Positions 40,088 through 54,741 are shown, counted from the stretch's first letter. The stretch is DNA of 64,000 nucleotides from Podarcis tiliguerta (GCA_965153285.1 OZ229118.1); one strand, 5' to 3'. Notes: generated by a model not told the origin, from the sequence alone. Numbers and translations are program-made.

Positions 40088-40351
40088 GTATGTATGATCA
40101 GCTGAACATCTGCATGGAATCTAAACACAGAAGAGGTTGGTGGAATCTAGACCTAGGAGGTCACAGGGCCAGCACCTAAAAGGTCTCACTCCTCCCCTCT
40201 CAAAAAAGAAATAGCGGAGACATAAGCTGTACCATTGTACAAGTACTTAGGACTTAAACTGTCTTGCTTTCAGAAGGGGGTCTCTGCAGTCACAATAGCT
40301 TCTCTTCTGGAACAAAGGTTGTGTGTTCTGGCACAGAGGAAGCCCTGTATG

Positions 40352-40540
40352 CATAGGAGCCAACTCCTAAGGGCCATGGGGCTTCAGCCCCCACAATAAA
40401 ATATTTGAGGAGGCCAGGCCCTCACAAAGTTGATGGGCATTCCCATTCAAATGGTGTGTGTGCACTGTGTCATGTGATTGATTATGTAGGACAGGACTTT
40501 CCTGGGCCCCCACAATATTTTATTCAACTTGGCACCCCAG
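40352..40540. mobile_element. hAT-like non-autonomous element (related copy inverted at ~32952-33141)
   Basis: Ends CATAGGAGCCAACT ... ACTTGGCACCCCAG; imperfect 8-bp TSD CCTGTATG/CCTGTACA. Confidence 0.6.
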
Positions 40541-42276
40541 CCTGTACACAAGTAGATTGTATGCAGCCATTTAACAGCAGGCATAGCTATCTCAGGAGAT
40601 CCAGTTCTCCACTCAGTGTGCATTCATTCTCTGTGGATATTTCAGGAGCACAGACCCTGGGTTTATAACTTCTTACAGCAGAAGCCTATTTGTGCCTGAA
40701 GATAGCTCCACTGAGGGTTCATCCACATTCCCCTTGTGCCGTGTCTAGAAAGCATGGGTACAAGCAGTTGCCCCACTCCTTTCCAAGGGAAGACTCACTC
40801 TTGAGTTATAGATCCAAACAAAGGGCAATGTGGAGAAAATGAGGAAAACTGAGGAAAACAATTGTTTGCTCCAATTGAGTGCAAAAGAGCAGTTTTCCGC
40901 AGGGGGGAAAAGCAGCAGAAGAGGAAGTGTGGATAAGCTCTAGGTTAAATAGGGCTTACTTTCAAGTAAGTGCACATAGGAGCGCAGTCCTACACTGCTG
41001 TCTACTCAGATGTGAATCCTATTAAATTCAATGGGATTTCCTTTCAAGTAAGTCAGGTTAGGATTTAATTTCTCTGTCAGATAATGCCTTTTCACAATAA
41101 AGGTCACACAGAGACCTCTATTCCTTTGTTCCTATTGCACCGGCTTGCCTTACTTCAGATCAGAGTCCTACCATTAAGCAGGTTTAAAGCCAGTATTTAT
41201 TCAGCTTGAGTGACAAGAGCACAATTAGAGCTGCGTGTAATCGCAGTTGGTTATACGGAGGTAAGCCAAAGTTGATAATAAAGGCTAATACTCTGGAAAA
41301 CAGGTGTCAGAGCTGATAACTAGCTGAGTAAGATTTTTTTTTGTTTTTTTTTTTAGGGAACACATGACTTCACATTCCATTAAATAATATTATGAAACAT
41401 AATATAGGCTGGAAAATAAAGTCAGTCACCAACAACCCATTATAGAAATTAAATTCCAAAACTGACCTTTCACATGATTTTGGCAATAAATATATCCATT
41501 ATAACTCGTTGACCGCAAAAATATAGTTAAGTGCTGAAGTCTGAGGGTAAATGCATTTATGATTGATAAAATGGACTATATAAGTTATTAAATTATGACT
41601 TTCAGAGGTGGCAGTATTCCCATAGGTCAATCCTATGCACATTATCAGTTTTGAACCAAGATTCAGGAAATTCAGAGAAGCTTCTGGAATCTTGAAAGTT
41701 CATAGGTTCAATATCACAATAATATGTTCAGAGATAGTCTGCCTCTGACTGCTATAGATAAATTAAGGCACCAGACACATTTACTGCTATTAGCATAGAA
41801 ATTGCTCCATCTTTCCACACCAGGCTGTTAAACATTGGAATGCAGGAATCACCTGGTAAGCATTTAGACACAGGACCAATTGAATGGCCCCTTCATAACT
41901 AACTGTTGCCTGACCAGGACTGAGCAAATGAGGCTGAGGAAAGGGATGGACCTGACAAAGATGTGCCACTGCCCTAAGCAGCTGGACCACATGATCTAAA
42001 ATATGCTTTTCAATATCCCTTGATGCATCACAATAAGATGTTCAGCATCAGTTTCAAAGCACAAGCCGCAGCACTCGATCTGAGGAGTATCAGAGAATAT
42101 GTCTTGGGGCATTGCAAGCGATCTTGTGGCCACACCATTTGGATCCCACACTGCTTAATTGGTGCCTCAGCCTGGGCTGCTGGTGCAACTGGGAAGGTCA
42201 CTAATATAGAAGAGGGCCTACCAGAGGACACTTTGCCAAGTATCTCCTCAAACCACCAGCTGGCTTTGGTGACACC

Positions 42277-42279
<3 letters not shown>

Positions 42280-42312
<33 letters not shown>
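42280..42312. repeat. (TA)n microsatellite
   Basis: Direct reading. Confidence 0.95.
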
Positions 42313-42321
<9 letters not shown>

Positions 42322-44769
42322 ATAAACAATAAACGCATTCAGGCTCATTTGTGTGAAGTAAACAAATATGGTGGCAAGAGGCTGCCCCCACAGATTGCAT
42401 GGTTGCTCTTGCAATTGTCATATTGAGGCATAGCTACTGAAGTGGGGTCCCAGATATATGTATGGAGCCTCCCAGACCCACATAAAGCAGGACATGGGGT
42501 GAATCCAAGTTGTGCCCCAACACAGAAACAGTGTGGGAACAGAAGGAGAAGCCACATGACTTTTGGGTGGTGGTAAACATGCAACCCTACAGCCATACTT
42601 GCTCCCTTTGTGCAAATAATGTCTGAAGTGGGCTACATGGCAGAGTTCTTTTAAACATTGTTGTGCCATTTGAACTAAAACCTACAAACGCATGCATGAT
42701 TACACCGGCAAAGCTAGGACCATGGTGGCTGAAATGCATTTAGGGCAGTTTTGAGGCTCATAGGCTTGGGCCTTTTAAAAAACCTCACTACCACCCAGTT
42801 ATTCAGTGTAATTCAAAATTGTCACAGAGCTATTTGCTTTCAAGGCACCAAATTGCAATTTACTGCATTATTCTAACCAGTCAATATCCACATTATGAAG
42901 CTTTGATGTTACAAGATATAATTATTCACGTCAAAGTATAGTAACAACAAAAGCAGGCATTTGACATTATATATGTGTGTGTTTATCTTCCATAACTTTC
43001 AAAACAGAATGCAAGGCGAATGAACGATAAATCATAGGGGAGGTTTGGCTGGTTTTAACAAATGTGTTTTAAAAAGAACATCCAATCTTTGAGATGTCAA
43101 GTGAGCAGCAGGGATAGATTCATAGAATGGATGGTGAACTCCACAAATAGGATTTTAGCCATTAAGAAGAAATTAGGAGAGCGCTAAATTACCGCTGCAT
43201 TTATTGGAAAGTGGGTAAATTATAAAGCGACACTTCTAGACAAATGACATGTTCTACTTGCTGCTTTTTACTCGTTAACTAAATGCTACCAGTTATAGAA
43301 TTCCACTTCATGGGATAATCTGCATACTTTTGATAAGCATGTGCCGTACCTTATAAAAATATGCCTACACTGCCAACTCATATAAAGCCCCAGTGCATTG
43401 TACAACAATATGGGCAGGCACAATAAGACACAAATTATGATAAAACAAGCACATACAGAATAACCATTAAGAAATGAATGGCCTGCAAGCATAAAAAAAA
43501 CAGCCTCCAAGAAAAATCTCCTGAGAGCCAGTAGTGAGGCTGCCTGCTGCATCTCTGCTGGGAAGAGAATTCTACAACATGGATCCGGAATTTCTAAATT
43601 CCCAGCTTGAAGCTAGTCAAGCTTCTGTGGCCTGAGGAATGACTAACAGTGCTTCTTCAGATGATCTGGATTTTAAAAATTATGTGTTTTGCATCTTCTA
43701 GTTCTCTGGTTTGAGTAATGAACTACAAACTTTTTGTCACATCTAGCAAAAAATAACAATAATGTCAAAGCCTGCATGGTGACCATCTTCCTGGGTGAAA
43801 TGAAGAGGAGGAAGAGGAGGAGGAGAAGGATGACGACAAGCGAAGATACTTAGCGTTTCCCCACCACAGGTATCTGCAGGAACTGGTGTTTTACAGAACA
43901 ATTTATCTGCAAAGATGCTATGCCAGTCTATAAAATTAATATTGATAATGCATGCGCTGCAGTAGAATTCCATATGTTACAGTTCAGTAATTTTCAATTA
44001 GGATAGGATATGGCACATAGTTTGAGCAGCAGTTCAGGTTCTACATTAGGCTTTCCTCTATGTTTGCAATGTTTCCAAGGAATGTAAAACTATTGTTTAC
44101 AAGTTTGAACTGGGGGTTTTAATGGGAAGATAGCAAATTCACAGCTCTGTAAGGAGGAAACTGGGTTACAAGTGCATATAATTCTATTGTTGTTACTATT
44201 AATTTATTTAGTACCCCTCCTTCACTGTAAAGTCCCAGGGTGGATTACAGCATTAAAAACAATACTAAAAACAATTTAAAACAGCAACCATAAAAATGAG
44301 GTGGGTCCTAAAACAGATGCTTTTCTACAGCACAAACTTATAACAAGTCTGTTGGATCAAGTCAAAAGTCCATTCAGTCTAGCAACCTGTTCTCACAGCA
44401 GTGAACCAGATGCTAAAAGCAAGATTTGAGTGCAGCAGCACACACCTCACATGTGATTCTCAGGTCCTGGTATTCTGGGGCAAGCAGCTTCCATCAGGGG
44501 AGGCCGTACCCAGCCACTGTGGCTAATAATTACAGAAGCTTGCAGTAAAAACCTATGAATCATGTCAATCCTATGGAGCTGTACAAGGTGTTATGGCACA
44601 AGTAGTGAGCTGTACAGGGTGTTCTGGGAAACTCTGTAGTCAGGTACTAAAACATCTCCCCCCACCTTACTTGTTCAAGCATTTTCAGAAGCGGAATATG
44701 TTTTATTAGTCTGTTGTTGGCATCTATTTGTACCATGAAAATAAATAAAAACAGTATGGCAGACAGAAT

Positions 44770-45350
44770 GGATTGTGCCATTGACTGGGGTTGAAGTCAA
44801 ACTGCTGCATTAGTGACTGCCCCAGGGCGCAAGCCTGGGCAGTGTGTATGGAGGTCCTGGGCTGCCCAGACAACAAGGCCCTCCTCTCTGCCTCGTTGAT
44901 GTAGTTCAAAGGAAAATAGAACAATATATCTGGCACCAGCTTGGCTGAGAGAGTTGCTGGAAGGAGGCATACAAGGCACCATCCAAGCATCTTAGTGATT
45001 CCACTCCAGATCCTTAGCCTTTTCTTCGCCCGAAGATATCCCACAAGCTAGCAGAGGTTTAGGATCAGAGTTTTCCTTCACCTTAATGAACTACCTTCCC
45101 AGGTTGACAAGCCCCATCTGCCTCTCGCTTTCCTCCACAGAAATCACCTTCTTGACCATTGGACCCACTATTGGTCTTGTCCACTCAATCCGTTGGAGCC
45201 TGTCTTCATATACAGGGGAAGTCCCTAACTCATCAAGGGTTTGAGACAATTTCCTGGGGTGTGGCTGCTGTCGCATGCTGACAAAGGTGAGAGCTGAGTG
45301 CAGGGATGGGAACAAAGGTGGACAAACTACCCAGAAGGGGCACCACATGT
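44770..45350 (-). mobile_element. Degraded RTE-type 5'UTR-like repeat
   Basis: Minus strand contains GGCAGATGGGGCTTGTCAACCTGGGAAGGTAG...GAAGGAAAACTCTGATCCTAAACC, resembling a motif I recall from RTE leaders. Recall only. Confidence 0.45.
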
Positions 45351-47514
45351 CCCCACTCCCACCCCTCCTCTAACAACCCATACACTGGAATAGGCTATAC
45401 ATTATTGCACAGACCTACTATATTAAAAATCTCTGCATTTTAAAGCAACTTTAAGTTTGGACCAGGTTGCTGCTAGGTTCTTTGAGCTGGTACAAATTAA
45501 CTACTTTTCCACTCTATCTGATGAGGAGTTCAGCATAACTCCTAAATATAAACAGAGGGGGTGAACTGTATTTTTTCATTCTCGTTAGCTTTCTATTCAA
45601 TGGATTATGTGGTTAGGACCTACAATTAGCACTTAAAATATTTCACAGTGCCTTCTCCCACCTACACTTAGCCAGAAGACGCGCTACACTGACACAAATA
45701 GGCTGAGCCAAGATATATTTGTAAACCTCAATGTTGCTTGTCAGCAATAAAGACATATTTGTTGTCAGGCATCTCCAGATGGAGGGGAATGTGATGACGT
45801 GTCCCATGCACAACATGCGAGTTGATTAGTCCCAACGCTGCATTGATAAGTGACTGATAAAAGTGAAAAAATCCTCGCCACGATCTTCAAAGCTGTAAAG
45901 GAGGTGGGCTTAATGATATCTCAAGGACAGCCTTCTCTCTGATCATGAAATACCATGGCAATTTCTATCTTTAGGAACAATGGGAATGTCAACAGGGTTG
46001 AGACTCAAGAGTGGAGATGAAGACTTTTTGGCAGCTGGTTCACAGCTGTGGATGATCCTGCCACAAGTGATTAGATCAGGGGTGGGAGTCAGCAAAAATC
46101 TATTGAAATGTTTTGGTAGGCCCTAAATGTCACCCCTGCTCCTTTCTTCACGAGTACTCCAAAGTTTAAGAGCACACTCCCAAAATGTAAGTTCTTTTAA
46201 GTCCCACTCGTTCTAGTGGTAAAGATTAAAATATGTATATTTTCTGTACATTTGCTGTTGCAGAGACAAATTTGATTCTTACTTTTGAATTCATCATGGT
46301 GTCTTTTTGGTATACAATGCTCAACTAGTTGTCCATACCTGTATTAGAAATACTTTTTGCCTCGCTAAACCCTAGGCTCTGTATATATGAAGAATCACAA
46401 TTTTTATACATATATGAGCAGAATGGGTTGCATTGGCTGGAGACTCTTGGGAGTTTTCTGTTTCTCCTTGTCTCAGTCTGGACAACTGTGTTATATTTAG
46501 TGTCCTGGATAATAGGCTCTTCTGATATCATCTTGCTTGCTCCTGTTCTGCTTTTGGAGCTTTATCATAATCCTCAGTCCCAAAATCTTGAAAACGGGGA
46601 ATGTTTCATGCTAAAGTAATACTTAACCAAAAAAAATATGGGGTATCAACCTTTGACCAGTATATGGTGATACAATTCCATGAAGTCATTACTGATCAAC
46701 AAGTTTGGGCTTCTGAATTTTAGGGGTAGGATGGTCTGAACTGAATTGGTTGCACCTACAGATTTCTGCTGGTGTTGGTGAGCACTGGATTAAAATAACC
46801 CCAAAGTGTCTTCTGTTTTCAAGACTATGATTAATTGTACAACTTTATGATCAATTATACAATGAATATATGGTACTTATCTGGAACTTTTCTTTTGAAG
46901 TTCTCTGGACAAGGACAGCCCCAGGCAAGGAGCATCCTCAGCATTTCTTGTATTTGTTCGACCTTCTGAATCTAGCATTTGTTACTGGGCTTGTAGCCCA
47001 TTTCATGACTCTGGTGCATGATCTGCATGCATGATTTGTCCCTGTCAATTATGCTATACATTTTCCCATATATTTTTTAAAAAGAAGAAACTCAGATGCA
47101 TAAGGAAGTGCTAGCTACACAAGTCAGTGTGCTTGTACTATACGTTTCAGCTGTGAACCCCCAGTAACCAGGTAATCACCTGAATCGCCTGCCTCCCTAG
47201 ATCTAGCCCAGGTTCTAATCCCTTTATGAAGCTGCTAAATATCAGTCTTGAGTCCATAACCTGGGATGCTGACAATCTTAACATTAGTAGAGCTTGCCTA
47301 CCTCCCCAATCTGGCAGGGGAATAGTCATTTATCTTGACAGGCCTCATTTGCCTCTACACTACTTCCTACAGTTCAAGGTGGAATCAAGACAATTGGCTG
47401 CCTGAGGCGAAAAACAATATGTCCCCAATTCCTCATACAAAAGCTGATCAGACGGGCAGCTGAAATCTTACTTCAACACTGGCAATGATCTTAGGACAGC
47501 AAGGTGGTGGATGG

Positions 47515-47645
47515 AGACAGAACATAATGCCCAAAAGCTTGCATTGGCTACCCATATGCTACCAGGCCAGGTTCAAGATTCTTATATTAATTGACAAGGC
47601 CCTTAACAACTTGGGTCCGCGAAAACTCAGGGACCACCTTTCCTC
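47515..47645 (+). mobile_element. L2 ORF2 C-terminal fragment
   Basis: Translates SLHWLPICYQARFKILILIDKALNNLGP, the LHWLP motif of L2/CR1-group ORF2. Confidence 0.7.
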
Positions 47646-49291
47646 AAACAGCTTGTCTATATCCTCAGGCCACAATAATCAAGATCCAGTACTGATAGAC
47701 CATTGGACTTGGTCTAACTTTGGCATCCGACTCTATGAATCTGAACTACTTTGTCTACAACATGCCTTGCAAATTTGTTACAGCAGGTTGCCAGGGGTGT
47801 GAGAGATGTTCTTCTCCCATCCTTTTCCTTTATGTTGTCCAGCTTCAAGAGTCAGGCCAGCTCACAGTTCTGGAAACAAGAGAGCACTTTATCGTAACAC
47901 AAGGCAGGGGGACAGGGAAAATATGGAGCAGCTCCATTCATATCAGGTCATTTGAGAGGCTTGGAAAAAATAGCAGATGACAGGGGATTAGTCTGGGTGT
48001 CATTGTGCATAGGACTCTGCTTCAGAAAGAAGGGCTGGATCAGTGGATGTGTTTAGCCCTCAACTTCTAAAATGAGCTGTCACAGCTTCTTTGACTTGCT
48101 ACAAGCACTGCATCCCTGCTGTGTACAATTACAGTTAATAAACCATACATTCAGGCTAATACCTCACCCCACACCCTTAACTTGTGCTCTGAAACTGGGT
48201 TTAAATTATGGGCGTAGCCAGGTGGGTAGAGCAGCAAAAATGAAAGTTTTCACATGATCTGGAGCCCTGGTCAGGCATGCTGTCTATGTGCATGCCAGGG
48301 GATAGCACTAATCAGAATGATGTCCCTACCAACATGTTACTGGAACATGTGAGCAGCTTTCTTGACAAAGTGTTAGAATAGTCTGAAATTGGGAACCTCC
48401 CCACCCCCCAGTAGACATGCATGGGATAGCCTTCCAAGGTACTCTTAACTATTTATAGTACAGCTAGATTTATGGGGGCAGGCAGGTTCCTTCCCCTTTT
48501 GGCCCAGCTCTGTTGTGGCTAAACTGTGTTAAACAGGACATTGAACCTGCTTAAAGGCATTTGTTTCATAAGAGATGTCATGCTTGTTTCAGGCAAAGAA
48601 TAACTAAAAGAGACACTGAGTCTTTCCAATTTCAAAATGGGGAGATATCTGTCTCCCTTAACATGATTTTTGCCATGTTGAATTACAAAGTAGTCAACGT
48701 GTAAGAAGTATCTCTGTCACTAGGAAACAATCCTGGTCTGGGGCGAATGAAGGGGGAATAAAAATGAACAGACATGATGATGTGAGAGTTTTAGTTCCAG
48801 TGTGTTTTTCTTCCTGAAAATCATTCATAGAGCCGATTTGGATCAGAGGACTAACCCAGGATCCCCCCAACTGTAGCCTGCAGGACTTCAGTAGTGCACA
48901 TGCTTCTTTCAGGTCGATTTTTAATTGCATTTTAATTCATATTTATTTTTAATTATATTTTTATTGCTGCTTTTATTCCTTATTCTGTGCTTTATTGAAT
49001 TCGATGGATGCAATAAATTCTGTGCAACGCAATAAAAACCCATGTAATACAACAAAAGATAATATAAGAAATTGAAGAAGCAATAAAAAACCCATTAAGA
49101 AACACACAGAATCTAGTACAGCACAGTACAAATGCTACAACTGGCAGAAAAACCATCAAGGTGTCCACCAAGACTTTCAGCTATTTTCAAGTGATCCAGG
49201 GTGGGGTGTTTGTGTTTGTGAAGTAGTGGTCTAAGCTGTTCATTCCCTGAACCTTCTGATATAAGAAACCTTGCAGGTTTACACGCTAAGC

Positions 49292-49426
49292 CAGGCATAG
49301 GCAAACTTGGCCCTCCAGCTGTTTTAGGAATACAACTCCCTCATCCCTAGCTAACAGGACCAGTGGTCAGGGATGATGGGAGTTGTAGTCTCAAAACATC
49401 TGGAGGGCCAAGTTTGCCTATGCCTG
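49292..49426. mobile_element. Palindromic hAT-type MITE
   Basis: Long TIR CAGGCATAGGCAAACTTGGCCCTCCAG / CTGGAGGGCCAAGTTTGCCTATGCCTG; 8-bp TSD CGCTAAGC/TGCTAAGC. Degraded relatives at ~23.5, 26.8-27.2, 36.8, 49.5 and 51.2 kb. Confidence 0.88.
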
Positions 49427-52400
49427 TGCTAAGCCCATGTATGGTATGTCTTTCCTTATACATCTTTAGCATCTTGGGGCAAGGGTAGCCAACATGCCGA
49501 CTTCCAGATGTTGTGGACCAGAAGTCCATCATACCTGACCATTTGCCATGGTGCCTGGGGCTCCAAAATCTCTGGAGGGCACTACTTTGGCTACCACCGG
49601 TCTAGATGGCGCTACCGACCACAAATCTCCACAATCCACAGAAATTTCTGCATTTTACACTTTGTTCCTAGATTACCAGTCATGTACTTTTGAAATACCT
49701 GTTCCTTACCACTTGAGATCATACACACAGCTAATTTTAAAATGAAATTATATTTAATTGTACAATTACACATAATGACAGGCACCTTATGAATACTGTG
49801 AAGATGTCTTCAGCAGACTCTCTGGGGCTAAGAGACCTGAAACTACAGCATTCACATCCGGTGTTGAAAGCAATATCCTAATAAGAGCAGAGAATGACAT
49901 GTAAATAAGAGAGTGAAAAGCATATAGAAAGGAGCAGGTACTAATGGGAAAACGAATGCATTATTCTTCAGCCTTGGTTGGCAATCTGAATCCATGATTG
50001 AATAGATATAATTAAATTTGCAAAAGCTGGTATCTCTATGATAAAGGGACTGGAACTTAGAAGCCTATTCTGAATGTAGATTTTAGAGAAAAGGATTGTA
50101 AATATTTTTTAAAACTAGAGAAGAATAAAATTTGCATCTGTCAGGGTTACAGGCTCAGAATGCTCTAATTGTTAGAGAACTGTGAAATCTAATCCAAATT
50201 CTCTGCCTATTTTTTTTAAACCCTAAGCTGAATACAAATATGGAAAGGCTGATACAAATTTGAGTTATATTGTGTTTTCTACTTAAATGAATTTGATTTC
50301 CTGTAACTCTGAAAAGAGAATAGACATGTAAAAAATATGATTGTCTTAGAAATGAAAGGTATTTTTTAACCTGTCCATTAATCATGGGGGGATGGGGATA
50401 GTCAGCTAAATTTTACACAGAGTAGACTCATTGAAATTAATAGACCCAATTTAAGGCTTACCCACACTTCTGCTTGCCCGGGCCTAGGAAACATGGGTCT
50501 GAGTGGTGTTCAATTGTCCCATACTTTCTAGTCATGGGTCTACTTGGTTTTCCATTCCCCCAACACTTTCTCTAGGAAAAAACCCCACTCCTTACCACTG
50601 AATTGGGGCAACCATCAATCTGCAGAAAACCCAATTGATGCTTGCTCCGAATCAGTGGTAATGCACGGGTTTCCCTGAGGGAAAGAAGCAGGACAAGTGG
50701 AAGTGTGGAGGAGCCCTTGTTCCTTAATTTCCATGGGTCTTCTCTGAGGAAAAAGGTAGTTGAATACCCACGATATTTTAGTGAACCGATTAAGGCTGCA
50801 ATCCTAACCTCACTTACTTGGAAGTAAGCCCTGCTGAATTCAGTATTTATTTACTTGTTAGATTTATACACTGTCCTTCACCATAAGATCTCAGGCTACT
50901 TCACAGAATTGTTCAGTAGGACTTCTTTGTGAATAAATATGGTTAGAATGTGCTGTCATTCACTGCTTTGTTTTGCATATACTTGCCTATGAGAGGAGGG
51001 ATACAGGTTTCAAGTGGGTGAAAACAATATAAGCTTTTTTTGGCGGGGGGGAGGGGGGAGAATTCCTCACATTAAAACAAAAGCAATCTTCCTAGGTCAG
51101 ACCAAAGAAGAAATCTATTCTAATCAGTGGCTCACTTTTTTGTCTCTGCCCCCTAAAGTGGTAGGATACTGCTTAAAATGTATATGTAGCCAATGTGGTT
51201 GTGGTTTTTCTGGGACTCCTACTCCCATCTACTGCAGCCAGCATAACCAATGGTCAGCCATTATGAAAGTTGTAGTCCAATAACATCTGGAGGGCATCAT
51301 GTTGACTATGTCTGGAATATATAATCTTCCTTTCCCTATGGCGCCTATTCTCAACAATGGCCAGTCAACTGCAACATCCCCTTCCCCCTAAAATGCCATC
51401 CTGCTTAGTGATCATCAGTTGGGTTCATGACAAGGAGAGCTAGCTTTGTCCCTTTAGAACTGTATCCAGGACTACTTAGCAGCATTCTCCTGAACGTTTT
51501 CGCTAGGGTAGAGAGAGGGAGTGCACCACAAACCTCTAATTAATCCAGGTTGGTCTTGCGGTTAAGGGTTCCTAAAGAGAGCTTAGCTCCAGTTAATTAG
51601 GATCAATTTTTAATCTAGCATTTTAGATTAATTAATTAAGGCAGACTTTTGAAATAATTAATCAAGTCAGTCAGTCAAAGTTGTAGCCCTATTATCATTT
51701 CTAAACTGCTTTCTAATCTAACAAAATCTCAAAGTTGTTCAGAACATTAAAACATACATTGATTTTACCATATGCAGACATACTCAAAAGCAGCCTGCAC
51801 ATGTAGTATAATAGACATGGTCACCATTTGATGGGTATTGTTATTCAATATTTATAGTGTGGCTTTTTATCTGTTTTCATCCACACCCAATCTACATCTA
51901 AGGAAGGCTTTATGGGTGATGTGACCTTGTATTGCTTCTTATAGAAGTGTGATATTCACAGGAGGAGGAATAATGGGTGGGAAATTAGCATTGCTATTTC
52001 TATATCTTATATGGTTGGAATAATAACATTTTTTCATATTAGCCATATCTAAATATTATTTGAAGAACAGCCCTTGATGTTGGTGACACTCCCTGATCTA
52101 TACATGTAACATGTAGGCCAAAAACTATAGCACAAAAATCAGTGGTGGTGGGGATCTGTAGCAACTGGCTTAATTTTTATAGCAGAGATAGGTAATAATT
52201 GATACCCCAACTATTTCATGCTTCCTTTGGCTAGTTAAAAGCCTAGTGTCTTCTGCTGAAGCCATTAGTTTCTTTGGGGTAATGGGGCTTCTAGCTGTGG
52301 GGATACCTGCTCAGGGTTCTTTTGATTACTTGAGGAGGCTACAGGCCAGCCATCTGAGTAGAGTGGCAGAGATGTCACCTCAGGGCTAAATGGAAGCTCT

Positions 52401-54471
52401 GGTGTCCATAACCCCACATGGGAATGGTCCAGGAAGTGGCTTCTCAATTTGTATTGTATTATTTTATGTACTGTGGCTTGCCGTTGTTTTATTGATTATA
52501 GTTTAGAAATTATTTATTATAACTGTTGAGTGGATTTCTGTTTCATTTTTATATGCTATTATTATTATTTATTACTATTCTAATGATTGTTGAATGTTAC
52601 TTTTTTGATGTAGGATGCCTATTTTAAAGTTATGTTTTATTATCACATTTTTGTATTGCATTAGATTGTTATAAGATGTACATTTTTTGTTTCTTCAGCT
52701 TGTAAACCGCCTTGAGTATAGTAAGATTGAAAGACGGTATAGAAATTAAAAATGATGATGATGATGATTCATCTCCTATTTAGAGCTGTGATTGCCAGAG
52801 GATTCTGAAGAGTCCTGGTCATAACAAATGTGTCCCAATCTTTAAGACACCAAGAACATTCTATGTATCCCAAGTCCCTGTGGACCAGAACGCAGCTGAA
52901 AGTATTAGCAAGCAACATTTTCCCAGGATACCTGCTGAACAGGCATTTCCAGCCCAATATTGCAGAGCCCAATGCCTCTGCAACATTCTGATCTTAGTTT
53001 CTAGTGGTAGGAGTTTTTATTAGTTGTTTGGCATGGCAAATTAGAATTAGGCAGGCAGGTAGTAATAGCTAACCATAAATAAAGATTTAAATGTGGTCCC
53101 ATGGGTGTGAATGATGCCTCTCCAAAAGATCAAAGAAATACTCCATGCCCTGAGGTGTCATGAAATAAATTATACCCAGGTACAGATTTATTTATTTATT
53201 TATTTTAAAAAATGAATAAGTATCTACACTATTACATTCCTTTCCTTGACACGGGTACTGCTGCCTGAATGCAGTGTATTCTTAGCACTCTCAAGTGGCA
53301 TTTAATATTTTATTCCATTTTAAAGTGACAATTTTGTTGTTTTCCTGCTTTATTCAAGCTCACGGAAGGTGTAATCCTGAAGGAATACATTTTGAGACAC
53401 AGAAAGCCTGTAGCATGTACACATAGTGAGTTCCACACAAGCCCAGGCCAATGGTGGCAAGCCTCTGAGTGAGAAATCCTCAGCACTCTCAAAAGGAGGA
53501 GGAGGGCACCCAAACACAGCAGGTCTGTCTTAACTATAAAACAGGTGAAACAATACACATCACCATATAAAAAGGAGGTGATGAGTTAAGGTCAAAGTCT
53601 AAAATTGCCTAACAGCACTACTGGCCCTGACTCTGAACGTTCATCGTTTCCAAAAATGTCCTCAGTACAAAACAGAACTTCTCACTAATCAAAGAACATT
53701 GTCTTTATGCAGGCTAGGTTTGTAAGTATATGCACATGCAGCAATTTGTTCCCAAGCACCCTTTACTGTTTCATCAAGCATTCGATACACAAATGCCCAT
53801 TTGTGAACACACACAGGGCTGGACCTTTGAGCCCTGAATACAAACATGTAGACAAACGTTTAAGCCTGTTCAAGAGTGAATTTGTACTCCTTTGGCGGAA
53901 AGGCTGCAGAAATGCAAGTCTGAAAAGTTATCTGAAGGTTAGTAGGGAGTGAAACCACTATTTTTCAAAATTAAGCACCCAATGCCCTCTTAAAAACACC
54001 AACATTGATGTATATATACCCTTTATACCGGATGACATTACAGTAGTGCTTTTAATGTCTGAGAATGCAGCACTGAGCAAAGTCAATGTGGCCTTATCTA
54101 TTCTTCAGTGACTCCTTTGTACTTTCTTTCCGCCGCCTCATTGCTTTTGTAAAACATTCTCCTCTTTTTGCAGCTGTCTCATGCAGTATCTCTAAGACCA
54201 CATTCCTAACTCGTTTGCTTAAAAGTGAGTTCTGTAAAAATGAATGGGACATGCCCCTCTTCCACAAAAAAGGGGTTTGAAAACACCTCCTAAATGAAGT
54301 AGTGTTATGATGCCCTAACATACGACCATTCATTTTGCAACTGATGCATTCACATGTAGGCTGAAATCCACATTTTAAATCAAGCTCAGAGATTTATATG
54401 GTAGATCCAGTGAAACTGTTAACTTTCCTCCTCTTGCATAGAGGACTCTTCCATCACATCATGAGCCTTCT

Positions 54472-54741
54472 GAGAGCCAGTGTGGTGTAGTGGTTAAGAG
54501 CGGTAGTCTCGTAATCTGGGAAACCGGGTTCGAGTCTCCGCTCCTCCACATGCAGCTGCTGGGTGACCTTGGGCCAGTCACACTTCCTTGAAGTCTCTCA
54601 GCCCCACTCACCTCACAGAGTGTTTGTTGTGGGGGAGGAAGGGAAAGGAGAATGTTAGCCGCTTTGAGACTCCTTAAAGGGCGTGAAAGGCGGGATATCA
54701 AATCCAAACTCTTCTTCTTCTTCTTCTTCTCTTCTTCTTCT
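54472..54741 (+). mobile_element. Squam3-type tRNA-derived SINE
   Basis: A box TGGTGTAGTGG (54483), B box GGTTCGAGTCT (54527), core CTGGGTGACCTTGGGCCAGTCAC, (CTT)n tail. Confidence 0.88.
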
